A stretch of DNA of 64,000 bases, taken from contig JAEUKI010000004.1 of the NCBI GenBank assembly GCA_016793325.1, positions 18,886 to 82,885 on the forward strand. The letters are read 5' to 3'. A program made the position numbers and the translations under genes. Of this stretch, positions 28,482 through 38,811 are shown piece after piece. This DNA comes from Myxococcales bacterium (GTDB lineage: Bacteria > Myxococcota_A > Polyangia > Polyangiales > Ga0077539). Position 1 is the stretch's first letter; each line of letters begins with the position of its first letter. A model generated the notes under the pieces. It was not told where the DNA came from, searched no databases, and worked only from the letters and a program-made list of their open reading frames with translations.

Positions 28482-30821
28482 ATGAACGACAACGCCTCGA
28501 CACCCGATCGCGATCGACAGAGGCCGAGCACCCGAACGCGCATCGCCTGGTCTCTCGCGGCCCTCTCGGTCGGGGCTCTCGCGTGGTCACTCTTTGCGTC
28601 GCGTCGTGTTGTTCGTCGTACGGAGGCTGAGCGAGCGATCCTCCGTGCCGAGCGTGAAGACGCCGTCGCTGCCGCGCTTGCCTCGGAGATCGAGACGCAT
28701 GTCCTCAAGTTCGGGCGCTACTCGGAGCGCGCGTCGTCGACAGAGCGCCGCGACGAGCTCCGCAAGATCGCCGTGCTCCTGCGACGCGCGACGACCGGCG
28801 CGAACGCCTCTCTCTTTCGCGAGCTCCGCCACGAAATCAGGTTGCAAGCTGCGCTGCACGAACTCTGCTGGGTGACCGAACAAGAGCCGCTCACTCTGCT
28901 GCACGAACCTTCGCGCGAGGTGACGTCGATCGCGATCACGGATGACGGTTCGCGTGTGTTGACCGGTAGCGACCGAGACACAGCGAGGCTCTGGGATGTT
29001 CGCTCTGGCGCGGTTTTGCGCGTGTTTCGCGCGGCCGTCACGCAACCGTTCCCGTCCGAGGGCGTCGCGGTCGCCCTCTCTGGTGACGGGGCGCTCGCCG
29101 TCACTGCATGGACTGGCGAGGTTCAGTTGTGGAACGCGAACACCGGCGCGCTCGTCCGCTCGATCGCTGGTCCTCAGCGCGGCATGCCGATCATCGCGCT
29201 CTCGAAGAACAGCGAGCATCTGTTCGTCACGGGCAGAGACGAGGCCGTCGTACAAGTTTGGGACGTTCGCACTGGCGCGTCGCTCCGAACGCTCGTGGGG
29301 CATCGGGGCGCGGTCACCGCGCTCGCCGTGATGGGGGATTCGACGATCGCGAGCGCCGGCGTGGATCGAACCGTTCGCGTTTGGAATGCGCGTTCGGGAG
29401 AACTGCGTCACGTGTTGCCGCAGCGCGACGCGGTGAGTTCGATCTCGTTGATCGAGGAGCGCGACGAGCTTCTCGTCTCGCTCGATGCAGGCGGCATCGT
29501 GAGATATCGGGCAATTTCGCAGAGCTCGTCGCCCTTTCCCGTTGCGTTGCAGGAGTTCGACGACGCGGTCGACACCGTGGCGCCCCTCGGCGACGGGCGC
29601 ACGCTGATGGCGCTCGAGCGAGCACCCGCGCGTTTGAATCTGTGGGACTACGGCCGTCGCCCCGACCGATACACGCGGCGAATGACGCTCTCGGCCTCGG
29701 GCCCTTTCGCAGCGTCTCGCGATGGTTCGCGTATCGTTGCAGCGACTACGTCGGAAGCCGACTCCGATGCGACGGCGACCGTCGGTGTCTGGAGCGGTCG
29801 GGTCGGCGATCTCCCCCAGGGCTACAATCCATTCGGCGACGAAGCGTACGGATTCTTGCCGGACGGCGTTCGCGTCTTCGTGCACCACCGCGGAGCTCTT
29901 TGGGTTTGGAACACTCACAGCGACCGGATCGAACGGCGCTGCGAGCGCGGGCGCGAAGACGGAGCAGTTGCGAGTACGAGCGGTTCGCGACTGAGCGTGT
30001 ATGCAGACGAATCTCGGGTGCTCCGAGGAGCAGACGTCATCGACACACGCACGTGCGCGCTCGTTTGGCGATTGCCTGTGGCTGGGGACCTCACTGCGTC
30101 TGCGCTCTTTTCCGGCGACTCGCTCATCGTCACTGGGGCGAGCACTGGCATCGTACAGCTCTGGGACGCGCGCACCGGCGCACTGCTTCGCTCGTTCGAC
30201 GGGCACCGAGGCGAGATCAACGCCGTTGCGGGTTCACCGGATGGGTCTCGCGTTCTCACGGCGAGCAACGATCAAACATCACGACTTTGGAACGCTCGCA
30301 CAGGTGAGCTGCTGCAGACCATTCGCCCCGGTCGGAGGGCGCTCACAGCGGCTTTCGCCAACAACCAGCTGTTCTTCGTGGCAGGTCGCGACGAGCACGA
30401 GGTCGAGTCGCGCGATGTCCGGTCGGGTCGAGTGGTTCGCGTGTTTCGCAGCCCCTCGACGGAGTGGCCCAGACAGGCGTTCGTGCTCGGTGACGGATCG
30501 CGGGTGCTGATCGACGGTTTCGCTCGTATCTGGCAGACCCACACGGCGACGCCTTTCGACCACACGCTGTACTCGCCCAGAGAGCCGGACTCTGTCGCGC
30601 CAGATGGTTCCCGTTTCGTGAATCGCGGACTCGTGGTTCCGCTCACGATCGCGGCCTGGATCGAGCATGTTTGCCTCCGGATTTCCTCGAGCGATCTGTG
30701 GATGGAACCGACGATGCGTGACGTGCGCGCCTGGTGCAGCGACCGAGCATCCGCCGCGATCGGGGCGAACCGAAGCCAGCTCCAAGCGATGGCTGCGCTC
30801 GACGCGGGGCACGGGGGATGA
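28482..30821 (+). CDS. WD40-repeat protein with N-terminal TM segment
   Basis: VLTGSDRDTARLWD, GHRGAVTAL...VRVWN, GHRGEINAVAGSPDGSRVLTASNDQTSRLWN. Confidence 0.85.
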   Translation: MNDNASTPDRDRQRPSTRTRIAWSLAALSVGALAWSLFASRRVVRRTEAERAILRAEREDAVAAALASEIETHVLKFGRYSERASSTERRDELRKIAVLLRRATTGANASLFRELRHEIRLQAALHELCWVTEQEPLTLLHEPSREVTSIAITDDGSRVLTGSDRDTARLWDVRSGAVLRVFRAAVTQPFPSEGVAVALSGDGALAVTAWTGEVQLWNANTGALVRSIAGPQRGMPIIALSKNSEHLFVTGRDEAVVQVWDVRTGASLRTLVGHRGAVTALAVMGDSTIASAGVDRTVRVWNARSGELRHVLPQRDAVSSISLIEERDELLVSLDAGGIVRYRAISQSSSPFPVALQEFDDAVDTVAPLGDGRTLMALERAPARLNLWDYGRRPDRYTRRMTLSASGPFAASRDGSRIVAATTSEADSDATATVGVWSGRVGDLPQGYNPFGDEAYGFLPDGVRVFVHHRGALWVWNTHSDRIERRCERGREDGAVASTSGSRLSVYADESRVLRGADVIDTRTCALVWRLPVAGDLTASALFSGDSLIVTGASTGIVQLWDARTGALLRSFDGHRGEINAVAGSPDGSRVLTASNDQTSRLWNARTGELLQTIRPGRRALTAAFANNQLFFVAGRDEHEVESRDVRSGRVVRVFRSPSTEWPRQAFVLGDGSRVLIDGFARIWQTHTATPFDHTLYSPREPDSVAPDGSRFVNRGLVVPLTIAAWIEHVCLRISSSDLWMEPTMRDVRAWCSDRASAAIGANRSQLQAMAALDAGHGG

Positions 30822-30887
30822 GTCTCGGCAGATGAACAGCACCCTTGATGATGAGCGACTGCGCATGGCTCTTCGCGCGGTCGTCAC

Positions 30888-31616
30888 TCAAAAGCGGGCG
30901 TATCCCACACCCAACCAAAGCGCGAAGCCGAAGTCGAGCCGACTCCCTGCCGGCCGAATGGTGGTGCTGCTGCTGCACAACAAGAAGCAGTAGGGGCCTG
31001 CGGCGGGCCAACTTCTCGACCCGACGCCGAAGTCGGCTTCGATCAGGATCTCGAACGCGTTGCGCACGCCCTCTCTCGACCGTACGGTCGGGTGGAACGC
31101 AGCGCGCAGCGGAATTCCAACAAATGTGATGTTCGCTTCGTAACGACTCAATAAAAATGCCGCTGTGTTGTGCAGGCGCACGATCGACATACCGGATCCC
31201 AACGCAAACTGGTCTGTTGGAGCGAACTCCGCGATCACTGCGCCGTGCACCGCCCAGCCCGTCCCTGCTGTGCCCGCAAACTGCGCATCGAGACCAACGC
31301 GCTCGGTAAGCTGCGCACCTACGCGAACGTAACCGCCAACGCCCACGCTGGGCCAGTCTTGGCCGATGCCCCAACAACTTACTTGCGCGCCGACCCCGAG
31401 CCGGAGACGCACAAGCGAAGAGGGACGTGTCGCTGTCGTGGTCGCGACCGCGTCTGTGGGCGATGCCGCGGACACCGCGGGCGCGGGCTGTTGCGCGAGG
31501 CTCGTCGACGGGAACAGCGATGTCGCGACGGCGAGCGGCACCGCGAGGCAGGCGAGTGGCCGAGGCACGGGTTTGTGCGTCACGTTGAGTGTCTGAATCA
31601 TGAGATGCACTCGCAA
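30888..31616 (-). CDS. secreted putative small outer-membrane beta-barrel protein
   Basis: Signal ending SLA-Q, amphipathic strands, C-terminal LGVGYARF; layout resembles 20880..21596. Confidence 0.6.
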   Translation of the reverse strand: MRVHLMIQTLNVTHKPVPRPLACLAVPLAVATSLFPSTSLAQQPAPAVSAASPTDAVATTTATRPSSLVRLRLGVGAQVSCWGIGQDWPSVGVGGYVRVGAQLTERVGLDAQFAGTAGTGWAVHGAVIAEFAPTDQFALGSGMSIVRLHNTAAFLLSRYEANITFVGIPLRAAFHPTVRSREGVRNAFEILIEADFGVGSRSWPAAGPYCFLLCSSSTTIRPAGSRLDFGFALWLGVGYARF

Positions 31617-31960
31617 CCGGCTGGCGCTGGTCCGTCAGTCCGAACGCTCCGTCGTTCGCTCCGACGCCAATCGATTGTAACGACAGTTTCACCGACGCGG
31701 ACGAGTGAGTCACGCGCTCCCCTCGACGCTCATCTCGCTGCTCGAACCTCGCTCGAACAAACGAGCGCCGCGCCTGAGTGCCCCCGGGCGAGACGGTCCT
31801 CAATCACCCAATAGCTCGATTTCTTCGACTGTCTACTCGGCTGCTTCGCTGAATTGTCAGCGAATTTGCATTCCATTGTGACTTGGTGAGTGATTGAGGA
31901 CCGTCCCTGCGCGCCCCCTCCGCAACGCAATCACTCGCGCTCGCATCGTACGCTCAACCC

Positions 31961-33595
31961 ATGCGCGTCATCGTCGTCGGAGCCGGCCCAGGAGGCCTTG
32001 CAGCAGCCATCAACCTCGCGGGCCTCGGGCTCGACGTCACGGTGGTCGAGAAGGACGCGCTGCCCGGAGGGCGCATGAAGGGGCTCACCTTCGGCGACAA
32101 CGGCGAGTTCACCGTCGATACGGGCCCCACGATCATGCAGCTGCCCGGGATCTACGAGGCGCTCTTCGCCCGCGCGGGAAAGCGACTCTCGGACTACGTC
32201 ACGCTGTTGCCGGTCGATCCGAACACGCGGCTGCACTTTTGGGACAAGAGCTCTCTCGACACGACGCGAGACGTTGTGCGCATGGCCGAGCAGTGCGCGA
32301 AATTCGGCCCCGAGAAGGGCGAGGCGTTCACGCGTTGGCTCGACGAGAGCGAGAAGAAGTACCGCATCGCGTACGAGAAGTTCATCGCGCACAACGCGGG
32401 TTCGGTGGACTACTACAACCCGTTCAGGCTGCTTCCGACGCTGCCGTTTCGGCCGTGGGAGACGCTGTACGGGCAGCTCGATCGGTTCTTTCACGACGAC
32501 AGGATCACCTACGCGCTGTCGTATCCGTCGAAGTACTTGGGCCTGCACCCGACGACGTGCTCGAGCGTGTTCTCGGTGATCCCGTACATCGAGCTCGCGT
32601 TCGGCGTGTGGCACGTGAAGGGCGGCTTTCGCGCGCTCGCGCAAGGAATGATGAAGTGCGCAGAGGACCTCGGCGCGCGCTTTCGAATGAACAGCCCCGT
32701 CGCGCAGCTGTGGGTCGAAGACGACGCGCAGGGCGAGCCTCGGACGCGCGGCGTGATCCTGACCAACGGCGAGCGCATCGAAGCGGACTCGGTCGTGATC
32801 AACGCGGATCTCCCGTACGCGGCGAAGAACCTCGTTCCGGCGCGGTATCGACGGTTCGGTCGGCAGAGCGACACGGTGCTCGATCACGCGAAGTACTCGT
32901 GCAGCACGTACATGCTCTACCTCGGCCTCGACCGCGTGTACGACGAGCTCCCGCACCACTTGATCTACCTCAGCGAGTCCGCGCGGAGGACCGACAAGGA
33001 CGCGCTCGAAGACCGCAAGATCGACCTCGACGACCCTCCCTTCTACGCGTGCAACCCGACGCCCACTGACGGCGCGGGCGCTCCTGCGGGCGGGAGCACG
33101 CTGTACGTGCTCGTTCCGGTGCCTAACACACACAATCAAGTGGACTGGGAGAGCGCCAAGAAGACCCTCCGTGAGCGCGTGCCCAAGTGGCTCGAGAAGG
33201 TGGGCCTCCGCGACGTCGAGAAGCACATCGTGGCCGAGCGCGCGTACACGGCGGAGACGTGGCGCGACGAGTACAACGTGTTTCGTGGGGCTGTTTTCAA
33301 CCTGTCCCACACGTGGCTGCAGCTCGGCCCCGCGCGCCCGCGCGTCGAGAGCCCCGACGTCCGCGGCCTCTACTGGGTCGGCGGCGGAACGCACCCTGGC
33401 TCAGGCCTGCTCACCATCATCGAGAGCGCGAACATCGCGGCGGATTACCTCGCGCGCGCCGCGGGCAAGGGAGCGCTGCCGCTGTGGCCGTACGTTCCCG
33501 AGGTGGGGCGCACGACGCCGCTCGCGCCGATCGAGCGCAGCGGACGCGGCCAGCAAGTGGCGGCCGAGCGCTCGGCTGGTGTACACGCGCCGTAA
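31961..33595 (+). CDS. crtI: phytoene desaturase family (CrtI-like) FAD oxidoreductase
   Basis: VIVVGAGPGGL, DTGPTI, KYLGLHP, GVWHVKGG, LYWVGGGTHPGSGL. Confidence 0.9.
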   Translation: MRVIVVGAGPGGLAAAINLAGLGLDVTVVEKDALPGGRMKGLTFGDNGEFTVDTGPTIMQLPGIYEALFARAGKRLSDYVTLLPVDPNTRLHFWDKSSLDTTRDVVRMAEQCAKFGPEKGEAFTRWLDESEKKYRIAYEKFIAHNAGSVDYYNPFRLLPTLPFRPWETLYGQLDRFFHDDRITYALSYPSKYLGLHPTTCSSVFSVIPYIELAFGVWHVKGGFRALAQGMMKCAEDLGARFRMNSPVAQLWVEDDAQGEPRTRGVILTNGERIEADSVVINADLPYAAKNLVPARYRRFGRQSDTVLDHAKYSCSTYMLYLGLDRVYDELPHHLIYLSESARRTDKDALEDRKIDLDDPPFYACNPTPTDGAGAPAGGSTLYVLVPVPNTHNQVDWESAKKTLRERVPKWLEKVGLRDVEKHIVAERAYTAETWRDEYNVFRGAVFNLSHTWLQLGPARPRVESPDVRGLYWVGGGTHPGSGLLTIIESANIAADYLARAAGKGALPLWPYVPEVGRTTPLAPIERSGRGQQVAAERSAGVHAP

Positions 33596-33600
33596 CGTCC

Positions 33601-34026
33601 GTGGGTTCAGAAGAGAGCGCGCAACGCAAGACCACCCTCGTCTCGGCCGCGGTGATCATCCGCGGCGACAGGGTGCTCCTCACGCAACGGCCACGCGGGA
33701 CGCACCTCGAGGATCACTGGGAATTTCCCGGTGGAAAGGTCGAGCCCGACGAGGACCCCCGCGACGCGCTCGCGCGCGAGCTGCGCGAAGAGCTCGGCGT
33801 CGAGAGCACGGTGGGCGACATCGTCGAGTGCACGTTCTGGCGGTATCCGACCAAGAGCGTTCTGCTCTTGTTCTTTCGCGTCGAGCTCGCCGAGGGCGCG
33901 GTGATTCAGCACCTCGGCGTGAGCGATCATCGATGGACCAGCGCGGGAGAGCTCTCGTCCCTCGAGATGCCACCGGCCGACGTGCCCATCGTGACGCGCG
34001 TTCGCGCGCTGTTGGCAACGGGCTGA
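33601..34026 (+). CDS. NUDIX hydrolase (MutT/NudG-like)
   Basis: Nudix box WEFPGGKVEPDEDPRDALARELREELG. Confidence 0.9.
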   Translation: MGSEESAQRKTTLVSAAVIIRGDRVLLTQRPRGTHLEDHWEFPGGKVEPDEDPRDALARELREELGVESTVGDIVECTFWRYPTKSVLLLFFRVELAEGAVIQHLGVSDHRWTSAGELSSLEMPPADVPIVTRVRALLATG

Positions 34027-34100
34027 TCGAGGGCAATCGGGGCCCGGCGCTCGACTCGCTCTTCACTCGTTGCCTGCGCTCGCCACCCGCTGCCCGCGCT

Positions 34101-34601
34101 TCACGCGTCCCCGTCGCCCTTTTGCGCCATGCGCGCGACGCCGAACGCCGCGATCGCCGCCACCGCGGCCACGCGCGGAACGGCGTCCGTCGGTCGCACT
34201 GCGCTCCACCCGATGGCCCACGCGAGCGCGATCGCGAGCGGCGCGAGGGGACGCGAGGGGCTCGCTCCGTTGGCGGCGTCGGACCAGACCGTGGCGACGA
34301 CGACGGCGCCGAACACCTCGCGCGACTCGGACGCCCACTGCGCACACAGAATCAATCCGCACGCCGCGCGCCCAGCGGACGCCGCGGTGTCGGCGATGGA
34401 CTTCGCCGCGTCGCTCCCGCGAAAGAGCAGCGCGCGAACGAGCGCGGCCAGCGCCGCGAGCCCCAGCGTGATCGCGACGGGACCCGGAGCGTGCACGAGC
34501 GCGCCCGCGCGCGAGCGGGCCACGATCACCGCGAGCACCGCGCAAAACAGCGCGGAGAGCAGCGAACGGCGGGCGCGGCGATCGTCAACGAGAGCGGTCA
34601 T
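34101..34601 (-). CDS. small hydrophobic membrane protein
   Basis: Several Ala/Leu-rich TM-like segments. Confidence 0.55.
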   Translation of the reverse strand: MTALVDDRRARRSLLSALFCAVLAVIVARSRAGALVHAPGPVAITLGLAALAALVRALLFRGSDAAKSIADTAASAGRAACGLILCAQWASESREVFGAVVVATVWSDAANGASPSRPLAPLAIALAWAIGWSAVRPTDAVPRVAAVAAIAAFGVARMAQKGDGDA

Positions 34602-34736
34602 CGTGGTCGTTCAGCGGGGGCACCAGGGAGGATCCCCGTGGGCGGTCCTGCATAGCTCAACTTGCCTCGCGGCTCGAAGAGTCAACGTTGCCCTGTACGC
34701 GCGCTCGGGTTTGTGCGGTACCTTCGTCCGTCCCAG

Positions 34737-36002
34737 ATGAGCGCAGTCGTCGTCACGATCGGGACCGAAATTACGCGGGGTGAACTGCTCGACACCAACT
34801 CTCACTACCTCGCTTCGAGGCTGTGCGAGCTCGGCTTCGAGGTGCTCGAGATCGTGACCGTCGACGACGATCGAGCGCGGATTCGTCAGACGATCGAGCG
34901 CGTTTCGGGCCGCGCGAAGGTGGTCTTGGTGACCGGCGGGCTCGGGCCCACGACCGATGATCTCACCGCGCAGTCCGCGGCGGACGCAGCGGGCGTCGGG
35001 CTCGTCAGGCACGAGCCCACCCTGGCGACGATCGAGCGAAAGATGACGGCGCTCGGGCGCGAGATGACCCCGGCACGGCAGCGGATGGCCGACGTTCCCG
35101 CGAGCGCCACGGTGTTGGGAAACCCAGCGGGAACGGCGCCTGGGTTCATGGTTCCTGTGGGGCAGGCCCAGTGCTTCTTCATGCCGGGCGTTCCCGCGGA
35201 GATGAAGGCCATCTTCGAGAACCTCGTGGTCCCTCGGATCGGCCCCATGGGTTCGGCCAACACCGCGCAAGTCGTGTTGCGCACCTACGGGCTTCCGGAG
35301 GCCACCGTGGGCGAGCTGCTCGCGGGGCTCGAAGCGCAGCACGAGGGCTTGGTGCTCGGGTATCGGCTCGTGTTTCCCGAGGTCGAAGTGAAGGTGCGCG
35401 TGCGCGCCAAAGACGTGGGAACCGCCCGCGAACGCGCCAACCGCATCGCCCTCGAAGCGCGCGCGCGCCTCGGGGACGCGGTGTTCGGCGAGGACGAAGA
35501 CTCCTTCGCGGGAGCAGTCGGCAAGGCGCTTCGCGCGCGCGGCTTCACGCTCGCCGTGGCCGAGTCGTGCACGGGAGGTCTCATCGGCGCGCTGCTCACG
35601 AGCGTCTCGGGATCGAGCGACTACTTCTTGCTCGACGCAGTGACCTACGCCAACGCAGCGAAAGAGCGCGTGCTCGGCGTGAGCCCCGAGACCCTGATGG
35701 CCCACGGCGCGGTCTCTCGCGAGTGCGCAGAGCAGATGGCCAAAGGCGCGCGCCGCGTGGCTTCGACGGACATCGCCGTGTCCGTCACGGGCATCGCGGG
35801 CCCCGGCGGCGGCTCCGAGCAAAAGCCCGTCGGAACCGTGTTCTTCGCGGTCGCGACCGAGGACGGCGTGCGCAATTATCAAAAGCGCTTCGACGGCGAT
35901 CGCGTGCGCGTGCAGCGCGCGGCGGCGTTCTTCGCGCTGCAGCTCGTGCGCGAGGCGTGCGGAGGGCCGCTGCCTGCGCCGATGGCGGATCACTGCATCT
36001 GA
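34737..36002 (+). CDS. cinA: competence/damage-inducible protein A (with PncC-type domain)
   Basis: IGTEITRGELLDTN, TGGLGPTTDDLT, PGVPAEM, AESCTGG, TGIAGPGGG. Confidence 0.95.
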   Translation: MSAVVVTIGTEITRGELLDTNSHYLASRLCELGFEVLEIVTVDDDRARIRQTIERVSGRAKVVLVTGGLGPTTDDLTAQSAADAAGVGLVRHEPTLATIERKMTALGREMTPARQRMADVPASATVLGNPAGTAPGFMVPVGQAQCFFMPGVPAEMKAIFENLVVPRIGPMGSANTAQVVLRTYGLPEATVGELLAGLEAQHEGLVLGYRLVFPEVEVKVRVRAKDVGTARERANRIALEARARLGDAVFGEDEDSFAGAVGKALRARGFTLAVAESCTGGLIGALLTSVSGSSDYFLLDAVTYANAAKERVLGVSPETLMAHGAVSRECAEQMAKGARRVASTDIAVSVTGIAGPGGGSEQKPVGTVFFAVATEDGVRNYQKRFDGDRVRVQRAAAFFALQLVREACGGPLPAPMADHCI

Positions 36003-36079
36003 GCGTACGCCCTGAAGATTCCGCGGTTTTGTAGCGCTTAAGAACTCAACAGATCGACTCGACGCTATCGATCGAGTCG

Positions 36080-37585
36080 ATGGAAGTCGATCGCTACGAG
36101 ATCCTTCGGCAGCTCGGCCGAGGCAACGTCGGCAACGTCTACCTCGCGAGGCATCGAATGACCGGGCGCGAGGTCGCCCTCAAGGTGAGCGACCCGCGAG
36201 GCGATCGCGAGCTCGCCGCGCGGATCCTCAACGAAGCGCGGATCGCAGCGACCGTGCAGCATCCGTCGCTCGTGGACATCTACGACTGCGGAGCGCTCGA
36301 CGACGGAAGGGTGTTCGTCGCGATGCAACACGTCGTCGGCGAGACGCTCGAAGCCGTGCTCGACGCCGAAGGGTCGAAGCTCTCGCCGGATCGCGCGGTC
36401 GGACTCGCGCTGCAGGTGCTCGACGCGCTCGACGCGCTGCACGCGCGCGGGATCGTGCATCGAGACATCAAGCCTGCAAATTTGCTCGTCCGACGCGAGG
36501 GTGACGCCGAGCGCGTGTTCGTCATCGACTTCGGGATCTCGAAGCTCCTCCCGCCCTCACCGATCACGACCAACCCCCCGACGATCACCGGAACGATCCT
36601 CGGAACCCCCGGCTACATGCCGCCCGAGCAGCTCGACGCGCGCACCGTCGACGCGCGCGCGGACCTCTTCTCCGTGGGGGCGGTGCTCTTTCGCGCGATC
36701 GCGGGGCGCACGCTCTTCGACGCAGATTCGCTGGGCGATTGGTTCATCGCGCTCAGCCAACAGCAGGTCCCGTCGCTCGCGTCCGCGGCTCCCTCCGCGC
36801 CCTCGGCGCTGTGCGCGGTGGTCGATCGGGCGCTCTCGCTCGATCGCGAACGCCGCCCCTCGAGCGCCCGAGAGATGCACGCGTGGCTCGTCACCGCGAT
36901 GGCCGCGACCGAGACCGTCGCCGCCCACCGAGAGCCGTCTTCGCGCGGAGAGGTCCCCGCGCCCGAGGTGCACAAGCCCGCATCGAAACCGCGGTGGTTC
37001 TTGCGTCTCGGCGCGTGCCTCGCGCTGCTCGGGCTCGGCTTCGGCGCAGCGCTCGCGGCCCGTCGACTCGCCGTGCGCGAGACGCCTGCTCCGAGCGCGA
37101 GCGCGGCGGCCGTCGCGCCCTCCGAGCCCGACCCGCTGCAGTCGGCGCTCTCTTCGTTCGCGCAGCGCGCGTTGACGACATCCGAGCAAGACGCTTCGCC
37201 AACGAGCGCGCCGACCGCGGCGAGCGCATCGAGCGCGTCGCGCGCGCCGATCGCGCGGGCGAGTGAGCCTTCGTCGCTCATCGAGTCGCAATCGGGCGCG
37301 GTGTTGCTTCGCGCAGCGCGTCCGTCGGCGAGCGTCGACATGGGCGAGTTTCTCGAGTGGGTTCACGCTGCGTTGCCCGAGCTCGAGCGATGCCATCCGC
37401 CGACGGGCGCTGCGTCCGCGCGGTTCTCGATCGCGATTCAACGCCGCGGGCGCGTCACGCTCGACGACGCCGCGCGCTCGAACGACCTGACGCGCTGCGC
37501 GTTTCGCGCGCTGCAAACGCGCGCGGACGTCGTCGCGATGCGCTCGACGGGAGCCGTGCGCGACCTGCAATTTTCCTGGCCGTGA
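36080..37585 (+). CDS. transmembrane Ser/Thr kinase
   Basis: LGRGNVGNVY, HRDIKPAN, DFG, GTPGYM; TM LGACLALLGLGFGAALAA. Confidence 0.9.
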   Translation: MEVDRYEILRQLGRGNVGNVYLARHRMTGREVALKVSDPRGDRELAARILNEARIAATVQHPSLVDIYDCGALDDGRVFVAMQHVVGETLEAVLDAEGSKLSPDRAVGLALQVLDALDALHARGIVHRDIKPANLLVRREGDAERVFVIDFGISKLLPPSPITTNPPTITGTILGTPGYMPPEQLDARTVDARADLFSVGAVLFRAIAGRTLFDADSLGDWFIALSQQQVPSLASAAPSAPSALCAVVDRALSLDRERRPSSAREMHAWLVTAMAATETVAAHREPSSRGEVPAPEVHKPASKPRWFLRLGACLALLGLGFGAALAARRLAVRETPAPSASAAAVAPSEPDPLQSALSSFAQRALTTSEQDASPTSAPTAASASSASRAPIARASEPSSLIESQSGAVLLRAARPSASVDMGEFLEWVHAALPELERCHPPTGAASARFSIAIQRRGRVTLDDAARSNDLTRCAFRALQTRADVVAMRSTGAVRDLQFSWP

Positions 37586-37592
37586 CCGAGCC

Positions 37593-38321
37593 TCACCCGA
37601 AGCGTCGCAGCGCTTGGGGGACGGTGAGCGCGGGGGCCACGATCGTTCCGTCGCGGCGGGGCGGGGTGGTGGGGTCGAGCATCTGTCGCGACCGTGGGGG
37701 GCGGCTCGGATCGAGTCGACCCTGCTCGATGTCGATCAGCACTCCGTCCGTCAGGGCCTCGTGCCAGTGCGCGTTTTCGCGCTGCTCCGAGATGCTCGTG
37801 AGGTCTCCGGGCCCGATGCGTCGATCGCGCGTGGGGCGCAGCACGAAGCGCCCGGGCTCTTCTCGGAGGCGATCCCAGTGACGCACACGAAATCGACCCG
37901 ACAGCACCATGTGCGCCGTCACCGAGTTGAAGTGGCAGTGCGGCGGGTCCGTTCTCCCTGCGCGAAAGAAGAACACCCGCATCGCCGCGCCGTCATCGTG
38001 ATCGAGCGTGTCGAGGAGCGGGACGGGCACCATGGACATTCCTCGGGGGACTTGTCGCGCGCGTCGCCGCAGCGCCTCGAGCCCCACCGCGTCCGAGAGT
38101 TCGTCCGCGGTGAGGCTCTGCATCAGCGGTCCGATGCTGTCCTGCCATTGAATTTGTGTGATGTCCCCGCGTCGAAGGCGCCGCCCCAAGCGCAGCGCCG
38201 ACGCGATCGTGCTCGTCGGGTTGCTCTGCGCAAATGCTGTCAGCGAGCGGCTCGAAAGGGCGATCGCTCCGAGCGCGAGCGCGCGATCGACAAACGTGCG
38301 ACGCGAAAACGAGAGCACCAT
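37593..38321 (-). CDS. Tat-exported cupin-like protein
   Basis: SRRTFV signal; PPHCH...HMVLSG and ENAHWHEA metal-binding pattern. Confidence 0.65.
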   Translation of the reverse strand: MVLSFSRRTFVDRALALGAIALSSRSLTAFAQSNPTSTIASALRLGRRLRRGDITQIQWQDSIGPLMQSLTADELSDAVGLEALRRRARQVPRGMSMVPVPLLDTLDHDDGAAMRVFFFRAGRTDPPHCHFNSVTAHMVLSGRFRVRHWDRLREEPGRFVLRPTRDRRIGPGDLTSISEQRENAHWHEALTDGVLIDIEQGRLDPSRPPRSRQMLDPTTPPRRDGTIVAPALTVPQALRRFG

Positions 38322-38391
38322 CGGGCAGATCGTGATCGTAGCGCGCGTGCGGAATGGTGGCACGGAGCGCCGAGTGCATTGGGTGCATTGA

Positions 38392-38737
38392 GTGCACCGA
38401 GATGAATCTCGGTGCACGGACGCCGCGGAGCGGCGCGCGCAGGAGCGCGAGGAGGACTGCGATACAGCGGCCTCCTCGCGTAGCGCCGAGATGAATCTCG
38501 GCGCATAAACGCCGCTGCGCGGCGCGCGCAGGAGCGCGAGGAGTCTGGGTGTGCCGGGCGTCCTCGTGCGCACCGAGATGAATCTCGGTGCATAAACGCC
38601 GCAGAACGGCGCGCGCAGGAGCGCGAGGAGTCTCGGTATTGCACCGAGTATCCTCGCGACCGGCTCTGCGGGCGCGCGACGCGCAGCGGCGTTCATGCGC
38701 CGAGATTCATCTCGGCGCCCTTTCATCTCGGCGCCCC
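38392..38737. repeat. family C REP array: three direct palindromic units plus one inverted unit
   Basis: GC(G/A)CCGAGATGAATCTCGG(C/T)GC at 38394, 38483 and 38570; inverted at 38697. Confidence 0.85.
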
Positions 38738-38811
38738 CCTCAGCGAACTCCCCCTTTCACACCCTTGCGGTTTTGCTCCACGCTCGCGTTGCCCATCGTA
38801 CCCTCTCGCGC

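Noticed and set aside
31961-33595. carotenoid biosynthesis gene cluster
   Set aside because: Only one crtI-like gene; no crtB, crtE or crtY neighbours.
38392-38718. CRISPR-like repeat-spacer array
   Set aside because: Constant part is about 65 bp, variable part about 20 nt, last unit inverted; fits REP/BIME organisation.
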